The translations under genes and the position numbers were made by a program. The notes under the pieces were generated by a model. That model had not been told where the DNA came from. It was given only the letters and a program-made list of their open reading frames with translations, and ran no database searches. Positions 9,941 through 19,402 of a DNA stretch of 64,000 nucleotides are shown here, in pieces. Source of the DNA: Holosporales bacterium (GTDB lineage: Bacteria; Pseudomonadota; Alphaproteobacteria; JAJTHO01); assembly GCA_046318675.1 (NCBI GenBank), contig JBKCUA010000014.1, forward strand, positions 26,466-90,465. The letters are read 5' to 3'. Positions within the stretch are counted from its first letter, which is position 1. Each line of letters starts with the position of its first letter.

Positions 9941-11086
9941 ATGGTGATGCAACATTATGCCCACCATGATCCCCAAAAAAACTACGATTCAGTGGAATCT
10001 ACAGCAGCATCAGTAATCAGCATCGGCACAGCGGCCACCGGCACCAGCATCACCAACCACACCGAACGGCGCAGTCGTCTTGATCGCCGACAAACACAAT
10101 CTGGAACCCTGCCTTTTGCGGAACGGCGCGGAAACCGAGATCGGCGCGATGGCACCGCGGAAATATCGTCTTTTCAGGATATTCCAACACACTTAAACTT
10201 GCTTGATCATGGCGGAGTATTGGTAAAAAAACGCCGCCGCCGGGTTATCTTAGCGGCCAGTGCATTGGTCAGCGGGACACAGCTTTTTGCCGCCTCTGGT
10301 TTTGCCATGGCTTTATTATCCCTGTTTGGCCTGGGGGCTGGGGTTATGGCTTTGTTTGATAAAGTTTTAGCGGTGATACAGCCGATAAGTCAGCATTTGA
10401 CACCGCTACTCAAGGTGGCTCAGGCGCAGGGGTTGCCCGCGGACGATCTCGCCGGAATGCTGCACAAAAAACTGATTCCCCATAATTTATTGCGACGCTG
10501 GGGCTTTTACGCGGCAGCAACCATGTTTGGCCGTGGATCGGGAAGCTTTTGGATGGGAGCGACATCTTTAACCTCATTAGCCGTAGGGTTGCCGTCTTTA
10601 GGTGCGGATATTATGGCCTTCAGCAGCGGTAGCTTGCTACTGCACCAAGCGGTGCGGGATGCGCTGCCCCAGATTCTGGAGTACCGGTATCATTTTGCTC
10701 CGGATCAGATTGCGCTGCGGATTGGTCAAGCTGTTGATTTTTATCAAAAGAGCACCAGTCTCACCCCGCAAAAAACGATAATAAATCTTGTGGATGTGGG
10801 GCAGGCACTGGCTCGTCATCATGATGCGGCTCAAACTCTTGACACTAAGCATCAACAGCACATAGAAAATGAGCTGGAAGCTCCCCTTGAAGCCATGCTG
10901 CATACATTACCCAGCTTTGCCAAGCGCGCCGGGGTCGCCTTAGCCCAAGAAACAAAAAAAGAAAAAACATTTGAAAAATCAAAAGAAATTTTAAAGCCTA
11001 TCAGCCAAGAACTAGAGCGCGAGATGCAACACTTTGCCAAAAACGTCTATGCTCATAGCCACGCCCGCACCCGCGAACAAGCCTAG
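9941..11086 (+). CDS. Hypothetical membrane-associated protein with tandem ERR-x3-DRR motifs
   Basis: 381-aa ORF with hydrophobic segments and ERRSRLDRR...ERRGNRDRR. Confidence 0.7.
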   Translation: MVMQHYAHHDPQKNYDSVESTAASVISIGTAATGTSITNHTERRSRLDRRQTQSGTLPFAERRGNRDRRDGTAEISSFQDIPTHLNLLDHGGVLVKKRRRRVILAASALVSGTQLFAASGFAMALLSLFGLGAGVMALFDKVLAVIQPISQHLTPLLKVAQAQGLPADDLAGMLHKKLIPHNLLRRWGFYAAATMFGRGSGSFWMGATSLTSLAVGLPSLGADIMAFSSGSLLLHQAVRDALPQILEYRYHFAPDQIALRIGQAVDFYQKSTSLTPQKTIINLVDVGQALARHHDAAQTLDTKHQQHIENELEAPLEAMLHTLPSFAKRAGVALAQETKKEKTFEKSKEILKPISQELEREMQHFAKNVYAHSHARTREQA

Positions 11087-11105
11087 AGGTGCCCTAGAGG
11101 TGCCC
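11084..11105 (+). repeat. Tandem duplication of TAGAGGTGCCC, the terminus of the RPE-like family D
   Basis: An 11-mer present twice, identical to 14826-14836. Confidence 0.7.
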
Positions 11106-11142
11106 CTAGCTTTTTTCCCACGCCCGTGGCATAAGTCCGGCC

Positions 11143-12492
11143 ATGTTCAATAGCCTAACCCAGAAAATTACCACTGTTTTTGAAACCTTAACTCGGCGCG
11201 GCACCCTCAATACTGATGATGTTGATACCGCGCTGAGGGAGATTCGCATTGCGTTGCTGGAGGCCGACGTGGCTTTGCCAGTACTCAAGGATTTTATTGC
11301 CGGAGTCAAAACAAAAGCCGTGGGTGCCGATGTGCTTAAAAGCATTCGCCCTGGACAGATGGTGGTGAAAATTGTCCACGATGCCCTTGTGGAGCTCTTG
11401 GGCGGCGAGGCAGAGGTTGACCCCTTGCCGCTGAACGTCCAGCCCCCGGCGGTTATTCTCCTCTGCGGCCTACAAGGTTCCGGTAAAACCACCAGCGCGG
11501 CAAAACTGGCAAAATACCTGATGGCGCGGCGGGGGAAAAAGATTTTGCTGGCCTCTCTTGACGTTTATCGTCCAGCGGCGCAAGAACAATTACAACAGCT
11601 GGCCAAGACTATCGCCGTGGATAGCCTTCCTATTATTGAGGGCGAAAAGCCCCTCGCTATTACCCATCGGGCATTGGAGCAAGCACGGCTTGGCGGTTAT
11701 GATGCCTTGCTGCTCGATTCCGCCGGGCGTTTGCACGTCGATGAAGAGTTGATGCAGGAAATCAAGGCCGTTCATGCCGCAGCAACCCCGGTACAGACCC
11801 TGCTGGTGGCCGATGCCATGACCGGACAGGACGCGGTAAACGTGGCGCGGGCGTTTGCCGATGCCCTGCCCATCTCCGGCATTATTCTTACCCGGATGGA
11901 TGCCGAAGCCCGGGGCGGGGCGGCACTGTCCATGCGCGCCATAACCGGGGCACCCATTCGCTTTATGGGAGTTGGGGAACGGCCTGATGCGCTTGAAGAA
12001 TTCCATGCCCGCCGGGTGGCCGATCGCATTTTGGGCATGGGCGATGTTGTCTCGCTGGTTGAGAAAGCCGCCGCCAATATTGATGCAGCCGAAGCCGAAA
12101 AGCTTACCGCCAAACTGCAAAAAGGGCAGTTTGATTTTGAGGATTTACTGGGGCAACTGCGCCAAATGCGCCGCATGGGCGGGCTGTCGTCTCTCATGGG
12201 GATGCTGCCAACAGCAGCAAAAGGCGTTGATGCGAAAGAAGCCGAAAAAAAACTGCGCCAACAAGAAGCGATTATCCTTTCCATGACGCCCGCTGAACGG
12301 CGCAAGCCCGCCCTGCTCAACGCCAGCCGCAAGCGGCGCATTGCCGCCGGAGCCGGGGCCGATGTGCCGGCAGTAAATCGGTTGTTGAAACAACAAGAGC
12401 AAATGGCTCAAGTGATGAAAAAACTGGGGGGAATGGACAAGAAGAAGCTGTTACGGGCAGGAATTAAAGGCGATTTGCAGGGGTTGTTTTGA
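11143..12492 (+). CDS. ffh: Signal recognition particle protein
   Basis: ALLEADV, GLQGSGKTT, DSAGRL, RILGMGD, and M domain SMTPAER. Confidence 0.98.
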   Translation: MFNSLTQKITTVFETLTRRGTLNTDDVDTALREIRIALLEADVALPVLKDFIAGVKTKAVGADVLKSIRPGQMVVKIVHDALVELLGGEAEVDPLPLNVQPPAVILLCGLQGSGKTTSAAKLAKYLMARRGKKILLASLDVYRPAAQEQLQQLAKTIAVDSLPIIEGEKPLAITHRALEQARLGGYDALLLDSAGRLHVDEELMQEIKAVHAAATPVQTLLVADAMTGQDAVNVARAFADALPISGIILTRMDAEARGGAALSMRAITGAPIRFMGVGERPDALEEFHARRVADRILGMGDVVSLVEKAAANIDAAEAEKLTAKLQKGQFDFEDLLGQLRQMRRMGGLSSLMGMLPTAAKGVDAKEAEKKLRQQEAIILSMTPAERRKPALLNASRKRRIAAGAGADVPAVNRLLKQQEQMAQVMKKLGGMDKKKLLRAGIKGDLQGLF

Positions 12493-12498
12493 AAGCCC

Positions 12499-12741
12499 CT
12501 ACGCAATCAGCTCTATATTAAACGACTCAATCACTGTATTGGCCAACAGCTTCCGGCTCATAGCATCAAGCTGGTGCTTTGCCGCCGCTTCATCATCAGC
12601 AACTAAGGCAATATCAAAAAACTTTCCCTGACGCACCTCGGCCACGCCGTCAAAGCCTAGACCGTGCAAGGCTTTTTCAATAGCCTGACCCTGGGGATCA
12701 AGCACGCCGGGCTTTAAGAAAACGTGCACCCGTGCCTTCAT
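12499..12741 (-). CDS. purS: FGAM synthase subunit PurS
   Basis: [10 protein letters not shown]...VRQGK...LLANTVIE. Confidence 0.96.
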   Translation of the reverse strand: MKARVHVFLKPGVLDPQGQAIEKALHGLGFDGVAEVRQGKFFDIALVADDEAAAKHQLDAMSRKLLANTVIESFNIELIA

Positions 12742-13517
12742 GATACAACCTCATCTTTATCCCGTTGTGTAAACCCGTCTTTTGGTAAGACCCCAAGCCG
12801 TCTGGCCACTTCCTGATAGGCTTCGCGCATACCGCCCATATCCTTGCGGAAGCGATCTTTGTCCATCGGCTCATTCGTTTTGATGTCCCACAGACGACAG
12901 GAATCAGGGGAAATTTCATCGGCGAGGTAAATCTCAACCTCACCATCCTCGTTAACTAAGCGACCAAATTCAACCTTAAAATCGACAAGCTTGAGGCCAA
13001 TACCGGCAAACAGGCCGCACAGAAAATCGTTCACCCGCTGCGCCATGCTGGCCATGATTTGCAATTCCTGCGGTGCCGCCCATTCAAAAGCAATGGCGTG
13101 ATCCTCCGTCACCAGGGGATCGCCTAGGGCATCATTTTTGTAATACAGCTCAAACAATGGCTGGGGCAGGGGGCTACCCTCAGTGAGGCCAAGGCGCTTG
13201 GCAAGACTTCCAGCAATAACATTGCGCGCCACGACCTCCAGCGGGATAATCTCCAACTGCCGAATCAGTTGCTCACGCATATTAATACGGCGAATGAAAT
13301 GGGTTGGAATCCCAACGTCCTCAAGGCGCATCATGATATATTCAGAAATTAGGTTGTTGATAACCCCCTTGCCTTCAATAATCGCGTGTTTTTTGTTGTT
13401 AAAGGCGGTGGTGTCGTCTTTGAAATATTGTACCAATGTACCCGGTTGCGTTCCCTCGAACAAAACCTTGGCTTTACCTTCATAGATTTTAACGCGACGC
13501 GGAGCAGGTTTTTGCAT
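12738..13517 (-). CDS. purC: SAICAR synthase
   Basis: [41 protein letters not shown] precedes ATG 13517. Confidence 0.97.
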   Translation of the reverse strand: MQKPAPRRVKIYEGKAKVLFEGTQPGTLVQYFKDDTTAFNNKKHAIIEGKGVINNLISEYIMMRLEDVGIPTHFIRRINMREQLIRQLEIIPLEVVARNVIAGSLAKRLGLTEGSPLPQPLFELYYKNDALGDPLVTEDHAIAFEWAAPQELQIMASMAQRVNDFLCGLFAGIGLKLVDFKVEFGRLVNEDGEVEIYLADEISPDSCRLWDIKTNEPMDKDRFRKDMGGMREAYQEVARRLGVLPKDGFTQRDKDEVVS

Positions 13518-13756
13518 AACCCTCCTGTAGCAGCGACGCACCATCGCTGCAAGCGTTGCAAGGGTTCCATTTTTTAAAAGGAGATTTTTCATCGCAGCTC
13601 CCACTTATAATGAATGATTATGCCTGCCGCAATTGCCTTGCCACGGTGCCTGACAAAGTTCGATTTTTCTGTTGAAATTGTAATGCAAATAAGATAAATT
13701 ATTCTTGCAATTAAGTTCTGTTAATACTTTGGTATTCCTTTTGCATTATATCGGAT

Positions 13757-14545
13757 ATGATGTCTCGAAACCTTTTTTTGACCTTGATGCTTGTGACGGT
13801 GGCTCTAGTTAGTTCTGCAGCTCATGCCCGTGGTATTAATGTTGACCCTACCAGAGTTTGTCACCGGGCTATTGAAGAAACGGAATACCGAGAGCGGTTG
13901 CCCATGCGATTGCTGGAGGCCATTGCATTGACAGAATCAGCCAGGCGTGATCCTGAAACTAATAAGGTTGTTGCTTGGCCATGGACGGTCATGGCTGAAG
14001 GACAAGGACGCTATTTTGATAGCAAAAAAGAAGCAATGGCGGCCGTGCGGCGTCTTCAAGCTAAAGGTATTAAGAATATTGATGTTGGTTGTATGCAAGT
14101 GAACCTGCTGCATCATAAAAAAGCCTTCAAAAGCCTTGATCAGGCTTTTGATCCCAAAGAAAATGTTACATATGCCGCACGTTTTTTACGCGGGTTGTAT
14201 GAAGAAAAAAATTCTTGGGTTAAAGCCATTGGTAATTACCATTCCCGCAACGATAAGTTTCATACTCGCTATCGTGATAAAGTGTTGACGCAGTGGCGCA
14301 AAACCAAATCTAGTGGTGGTGCAGCCATTGTTGCGAGCCGTGGTAAAAGCCCAGCATTGCCTCGCCCGGTGTTACATAATCTTGCCGCATTAAAACAACG
14401 CGACAGTGTCATGGAAAGACGTCGTGCTTCACATTTACGGGTAGTAGATGCCAAAGGCAACACAGTTCCTGGGCGTCTGGCTAGTGTAAGCAGTGAGCGA
14501 CAAGGTAAAGGGATTACTTATCGTTATCGTTATATGGAGCAATAA
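13757..14545 (+). CDS. Lytic transglycosylase (SLT domain), exported
   Basis: Signal peptide, AIALTES, AWPWT, IDVGCMQVN, GNYHS. Confidence 0.9.
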   Translation: MMSRNLFLTLMLVTVALVSSAAHARGINVDPTRVCHRAIEETEYRERLPMRLLEAIALTESARRDPETNKVVAWPWTVMAEGQGRYFDSKKEAMAAVRRLQAKGIKNIDVGCMQVNLLHHKKAFKSLDQAFDPKENVTYAARFLRGLYEEKNSWVKAIGNYHSRNDKFHTRYRDKVLTQWRKTKSSGGAAIVASRGKSPALPRPVLHNLAALKQRDSVMERRRASHLRVVDAKGNTVPGRLASVSSERQGKGITYRYRYMEQ

Positions 14546-14551
14546 TGTTAT

Positions 14552-14836
14552 GGGACACCTCTATTAACCTCATTTCTAGGGCCATTGGCGTCGTCAGGTC
14601 TATGCTCGCAATCCGCACGTACGTTTGAGTACGCTTACGTTTGCTCGCCTAGCCCATCAGAGCCACTCATCCCTATAAATGGATTATAGCGCGTTGCGTA
14701 ATTAGCGGTAGATATTGATAAAGTCTTCAGCGCGCTATAAGTTATTTTTATTCGGCCATTCGGCCGCGGCACTTTGTGCCGTGCGCTGGTCGCAACTATA
14801 CTTTTAATTGTGCAACCAGCTATAATAGAGGTGCCC
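14552..14836. mobile_element. RPE-1-like palindromic element (family D, ~147 bp), interrupted by a family-A element
   Basis: Terminal inverted repeats GGGACACCTCTATTAACCTCATTTCTAGGG / CCCTATAAATGGATTA[A]ATAGAGGTGCCC. The core CTCGCAATCCGCACGTAC...GTACGCT resembles Rickettsia RPE-1 as recalled, not searched. Confidence 0.75.
14687..14822 (+). mobile_element. MITE-like repeat family A, copy 2 (136 bp, TA-flanked)
   Basis: TA at 14685-86 and 14823-24, same sequence family as the other A copies. Confidence 0.9.
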
Positions 14837-15897
14837 TATGCGCGTGGGTGTGATAATTCTTTAAGGCGTGAGGCGGTACGCTGAAACTCAAAATCTAAAA
14901 ACCCTTCCCGATAAAGGCGTTCTGGTAGGGCGTCGGCGGTGCAAAAAAACTCTGTCCCAGCTTCATATAATGCATCAATAAATAGCATAAATCGCTTGGC
15001 TTCATCGGGATTTTGAGCGGTAAACAGAGGAATTCCTTCGAGGAAAATGGTTTTAAACCGTGTTACTAGGGCGATAAAATCAGCACTGCCAAGGGGGAGA
15101 CCGCACACATCCCGAAAATGTAGATAGGCCGTAGTACCGCAGGCCTCATTAATGCGAACTTCTCGGCCTTGAACACTAACGTGGGTAACTTCAGGGGACG
15201 CGGTGCACCGTTCGGCAAACCAACCGCGCAAAGCATATTGATGGGCTGGGTCTAATGGGCTGAGATAACGGGTATCATTAAGGCCGTGGCGGGTGCGGTA
15301 GTCTTTATGACTTTGTAGACTAATAACATCAAGGCGTTGTTGCAGCAGGGCGATGCAGGGGAAAAACTTTTCTCGTTGTAAGCCATTTTTATAAAGATCG
15401 GGTGGTGCAAAATTGCTGGTGGTGACAACATACAGCCCTGCATCAAAAAGAGCCGTTAATAAGCCCTGTAAAATCATTGCCGTAACAATGTCATTGACGT
15501 GAAACTCATCAAGACACAGCACGTCGGTGCTTTTAGCGAGATTGGCAGCCAATGCTTCTAAGGGTTCTTGACGGTTATCGGCACTGTTGCGCCAAGTATT
15601 GAGGGCTGCATGGGCTTCCAGAATAAAGGGGTGGAAATGTATCCGGCGTTTTTCTTCGATAGGCAAAGTGTCATAAAATAAATTCATGAGCAGGGACTTG
15701 CCGCGCCCTACATCTCCCCACAGATATATACCTTGGCGCTGGGGCTTTTCACGTTGCCAAGGCAACCAGCGTCGTCGTTGTGGCCGGGCGAGAATACCCG
15801 CTTGAAGCTCGGAAAGACGCTCTGCTGCTGCCCACTGCGCAGGATCAGGCGATAAAACGCCACTATCAATAAGCCCCTGGAGTCGCGGCAACAGCAT
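14836..15897 (-). CDS. zapE: AFG1/ZapE family ATPase
   Basis: GIYLWGDVGRGKS, RIHFH, LCLDEF, TTSNF, LYKNGLQR, FQRTASRL. Confidence 0.95.
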   Translation of the reverse strand: MLLPRLQGLIDSGVLSPDPAQWAAAERLSELQAGILARPQRRRWLPWQREKPQRQGIYLWGDVGRGKSLLMNLFYDTLPIEEKRRIHFHPFILEAHAALNTWRNSADNRQEPLEALAANLAKSTDVLCLDEFHVNDIVTAMILQGLLTALFDAGLYVVTTSNFAPPDLYKNGLQREKFFPCIALLQQRLDVISLQSHKDYRTRHGLNDTRYLSPLDPAHQYALRGWFAERCTASPEVTHVSVQGREVRINEACGTTAYLHFRDVCGLPLGSADFIALVTRFKTIFLEGIPLFTAQNPDEAKRFMLFIDALYEAGTEFFCTADALPERLYREGFLDFEFQRTASRLKELSHPRA

Positions 15898-15930
15898 ACT
15901 AGAGCCTAGACGTTGATCCTTATGGTATCG

Positions 15931-17175
15931 TTACTTTGTTTTATCGTGGTAGTGGGCTAAATCTAATGTGCCTTCGGTTTTATCAACCAAAACAGTAACG
16001 GCGGCATCCCCGGTAATATTGACCGTCGTGCGCACCATATCAAGCAGGCGATCAACACCTAAAATCAACGCAATGCCTTCCAACGGCAAGCCAACGGAAT
16101 TGAGCACCATTCCCATGAAAATAATAGAACCACTGGGAATACCCGCAGCACCAATTGAACCAAGGGTGGCCGTAAACATCAGCATGAAATAATCATGCCA
16201 TCCCAGCGTAATTCCATAAGCCTGAGCAAAAAACAGGGCACAGATACCAAGGTAAATAGCGGTACCATCCATATTAATGGATGCCCCGATAGGCATGACA
16301 AAGTTGACGGAACCGTTGCTGACTCCCATACGTTCGTTAATGGAGCGCATGGCATAGGGCAGCGTCGCTTTACTGCTGCTGGTTGAAAAGGCCATTAATT
16401 GCGTAGGCAGGAGTTTGCGATAAAATGGCAATGGATTGAGTCGCCCAAACACCAAAAGCATGACTCCAAACAATAGATATTGAGTAAAGCAGGCAATAAG
16501 CGTTGCCTCCACCAGACTGAGTAACTTCAGCAATACCCCAAGCCCCTCGGTGGAAATGGTGGAGGCCATGAACCCAAACACCCCTAGCGGAGCCAGCTTA
16601 ATGATGATTTCAATCATTTTAAAGCACAGTGTTGCCGACTGCTGGCAGACGGTGATAAGGGTGGGCACTTTTTCCCGAATCATGTTGAGAACAAAACCAA
16701 CAAACAGCGCGAAAACAAGCACCTGAAGATAGTGACCCTCCGCCATGGAGGCAATCGCGTTGTGCGGCACCATATCGAGCAGAATCTTCTCCACCGAGGG
16801 AGTATTTTCCTGTGCCGCTTCATGTGTAGCGACGGCGGTTTCACTACGTAAATTAAGACCTTCCCCAGGCTTTAAAACGGTACCAAAAAAAAGGCCAATA
16901 GCTACGGCAAAAGCTGCGGTAGAAAGGTAAATACTAAATGATTTTAGACCCATTTTCCGGAGATTACCACTGGCACCAATTGAGGTAATTCCATTGATTA
17001 ACGCAAAGAAAATCAGGGGAATAATGATCATCTTTATCAGGTTTATGAAAATGGTGCCAAAAAATTTAAAATCATCACCACTCAGTGCAGTAGGATCTGC
17101 GGCATCTTTAGGCAGAAAGTGACCGACAGCCACCCCAGCAAAAAGACCAATAAGAATTTGTTGCCACATTTTCAT
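15931..17175 (-). CDS. Dicarboxylate/amino acid:cation symporter (GltP/DctA family)
   Basis: AFSTSSSKATLP, GASINMDGT, DRLLDMVRTTVN. Confidence 0.95.
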   Translation of the reverse strand: MKMWQQILIGLFAGVAVGHFLPKDAADPTALSGDDFKFFGTIFINLIKMIIIPLIFFALINGITSIGASGNLRKMGLKSFSIYLSTAAFAVAIGLFFGTVLKPGEGLNLRSETAVATHEAAQENTPSVEKILLDMVPHNAIASMAEGHYLQVLVFALFVGFVLNMIREKVPTLITVCQQSATLCFKMIEIIIKLAPLGVFGFMASTISTEGLGVLLKLLSLVEATLIACFTQYLLFGVMLLVFGRLNPLPFYRKLLPTQLMAFSTSSSKATLPYAMRSINERMGVSNGSVNFVMPIGASINMDGTAIYLGICALFFAQAYGITLGWHDYFMLMFTATLGSIGAAGIPSGSIIFMGMVLNSVGLPLEGIALILGVDRLLDMVRTTVNITGDAAVTVLVDKTEGTLDLAHYHDKTK

Positions 17176-18164
17176 GAAGATGCACCTGTGCTGCGACGGT
17201 TTTTAAAGAGGGAAAACACAATCCCGCTTCCCAGTAAGATAATGGTCACGCTTAAGGAAATCCACGCCGGAACTTTTTCGATGCCAAAAATATCCGCCGC
17301 AAAAATCTTGCCGCCGATAAAGATAAGCACCACGGCCAGAGAGTATTTCAGGTAGCTGAACCGGTGGATAATGGCCCCTAAAGCAAAATATAAAGCCCGA
17401 AGCCCTAGTATCGCAAAGATATTAGAGGTGTATACAATATATGGGTCATGCGTAATGGCAAAAACCGCCGGGACACTATCCACGGCAAAGACCAGATCCA
17501 CGATTTCAATGCATATTAAAGCAAGCAGCAAGGGCGTGGCGTAGGTGACAATTTTGCCGGTTTTTGGATGCGGCTTTTTAATGAAAAAACGCTGTCCTTC
17601 AATAGTTTCTGTGAACCTAAAATTCTTCTTGAGGAACTTTAGAACGCGGTTGTTGGCAATATCTGGTTCATGATCCACCATGATCAGCATTTTGATTCCA
17701 GTAACAATCAGGAAGGCTCCGAAAATATACAGAATCCATGAGAACTCGGCAATCAGGGTTGCCCCAAGGCCAATCATGATCCCGCGCAGTAGGATGACCC
17801 CCAGAATGCCCCAGAACAATACCCGATGTTGGTACTTAAGGGGTATTGCTAAGTAGGTGAAAATAAGGGAGATAAGAAAAATATTATCCATCGCTAGGGT
17901 TTTTTCTACCAGCATGGCGGTGTAGTAATTCGCCCCGGCCTCCGCCCCTTGCGTAAACCAGACAAAACCCCCAAAAGCGAGGGCAAAAAGCAAGTAGAAC
18001 GCACTGAGGCTCAGGCTTTCCTTAACACCTATAGCATGATCCTTCCGGTGTAGAATACCCAAGTCAAAAGCAAGCAGCACAACAACGATGCCAATAAACA
18101 TGAGCCATAGCCAGACGGTCTTGCCCAGCCATTCGTCCATTAAAAACTGCGATAATGTTTCCAT
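17172..18164 (-). CDS. TerC/Alx family membrane protein
   Basis: EKTLAMDN, QHRVLFWGILG, DLVFAVDSVPA, YTSNIFAILGLR. Confidence 0.95.
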   Translation of the reverse strand: METLSQFLMDEWLGKTVWLWLMFIGIVVVLLAFDLGILHRKDHAIGVKESLSLSAFYLLFALAFGGFVWFTQGAEAGANYYTAMLVEKTLAMDNIFLISLIFTYLAIPLKYQHRVLFWGILGVILLRGIMIGLGATLIAEFSWILYIFGAFLIVTGIKMLIMVDHEPDIANNRVLKFLKKNFRFTETIEGQRFFIKKPHPKTGKIVTYATPLLLALICIEIVDLVFAVDSVPAVFAITHDPYIVYTSNIFAILGLRALYFALGAIIHRFSYLKYSLAVVLIFIGGKIFAADIFGIEKVPAWISLSVTIILLGSGIVFSLFKNRRSTGASS

Positions 18165-18204
18165 GGCGGGAAGGGTTAGCAAAAGTACTGATGAATAGCA
18201 AACA

Positions 18205-18432
18205 TTATGATGGCTTATCGCCTATCAGTTGTTCAAACAATGCTGTCGCGCATTGGGTGGAGGCAAGGTTTTCCTGGCCAATTCGATCGTAAATTTCACC
18301 GCGCAGAACTTGAATAGATGGGGGTGACGTGACGCTGAATTTGACACTTTTGCCACGTACCTCCTCAACCACAATGGTGATGTTATCGCCAATGCGCAGG
18401 GATTCGCCGGGTTTTCGTGTAATGTACAGCAT
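18205..18432 (-). CDS. csrA: Carbon storage regulator CsrA (FliW-type, with C-terminal EN motif)
   Basis: MLYITRKPGESLRIGDNITI...V...P....V.RGEIY..I..EN. Confidence 0.9.
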   Translation of the reverse strand: MLYITRKPGESLRIGDNITIVVEEVRGKSVKFSVTSPPSIQVLRGEIYDRIGQENLASTQCATALFEQLIGDKPS

Positions 18433-18435
18433 ATA

Positions 18436-18451
18436 TTAACGAGTCTTTAAC
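18436..18451 (+). promoter_or_regulatory. CtrA-type box between csrA and flgB
   Basis: TTAA-CGAGTCT-TTAAC is an exact TTAA-N7-TTAAC. A 1-mismatch box (TTAA-CAAAATG-TTTA) lies near 18509-18523. Confidence 0.65.
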
Positions 18452-18547
18452 ACCCCGAGAGTACAATGTTGACCAGTATTCAAGTATGCGCACCATACCA
18501 GCAAATCTTTAACAAAATGTTTACTACTGCTCTTTAAAGGCGTTTTT

Positions 18548-18958
18548 ATGGATATTAGTAAACTTCGGCTGTTTGCAGCCTTCAAAGAAAAGATGGATTG
18601 GCTAGGCCAACGGCAACGTGTGTTGTCTGAAAGCGTTGCTAATGCCAACACGCCTAACTACAAGCCGAAGGATTTAAAGCCGCTGAATTTTGATGCGGTA
18701 TTGCGTTCGGCGGACTTGGCGCACGATCGTAAGCTCACCACGACTTTAACGAGTCAAGCGCATCTTACCCCCAGTGCCAACGCGGTAGAATTCAAAAACA
18801 GCCGCAAGAAAGATTATCGCGAGATAAGCCTAAGCGGTAACGCTATAACGCTTGAAGATCAGATGCTTAAAGTTTCCCAAACACGAGAAGAACACGCCCT
18901 TACTACCCAGCTTTATAAAAAATATACAGGCTTTTTTAAAATGGTTTTAAAGCAATAG
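18548..18958 (+). CDS. flgB: Flagellar basal-body rod protein FlgB
   Basis: RQRVLSESVANANTPNYKPKD and SGNAITLEDQM. Confidence 0.93.
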   Translation: MDISKLRLFAAFKEKMDWLGQRQRVLSESVANANTPNYKPKDLKPLNFDAVLRSADLAHDRKLTTTLTSQAHLTPSANAVEFKNSRKKDYREISLSGNAITLEDQMLKVSQTREEHALTTQLYKKYTGFFKMVLKQ

Positions 18959-18972
18959 GATAAGGAATTTTC

Positions 18973-19386
18973 ATGGAACTCAAAAACGCGATGAATATTG
19001 CCGTATCCGGCATGAAAGGTCAGGAAATGCGCCTGCGCGTGGTGGCGGAGAATATCGCTAACGCGGACTCGCTGGCAACTACGCCGGGGGGTGAGCCATA
19101 TCGGCGCAAGCTCATTGAATTCTCGAACATTGTTGATCCGGAAAGTAAGGTGCATCTGCTTAATGTCAAGCGTATAAGCCGTTCCCAAGGAGAATTGAAA
19201 CTGAATTTCGATCCCGGCCACCCTGCCGCCGACAAGGATGGGTATGTCAAAATGCCCAATGTTAGCCGCTTTGTAGAGACAATGGACATGAAGGAAGCCC
19301 AACGCAGTTTCAGCGCGAACCTTGAGGTGCTGGAGGCGTCTCGAAGTATGCTTCGCAATACCGTCAATTTGATTTCCCCTCAATAA
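18973..19386 (+). CDS. flgC: Flagellar basal-body rod protein FlgC
   Basis: ENIANA, PYRRK, DPGHPAADKDGYVKMPNV. Confidence 0.97.
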   Translation: MELKNAMNIAVSGMKGQEMRLRVVAENIANADSLATTPGGEPYRRKLIEFSNIVDPESKVHLLNVKRISRSQGELKLNFDPGHPAADKDGYVKMPNVSRFVETMDMKEAQRSFSANLEVLEASRSMLRNTVNLISPQ

Positions 19387-19402
19387 AATAAGGTAGATTT
19401 TT

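Noticed and set aside
13711-13724. TTAA-N6-TTAA here and at 9888-9901 as CtrA boxes
   Set aside because: The spacer is 6 rather than 7, and such words are common in AT-rich DNA.
18165-18204. yybP-ykoY riboswitch upstream of terC
   Set aside because: Only about 40 nt separate csrA and terC, too short for the aptamer.
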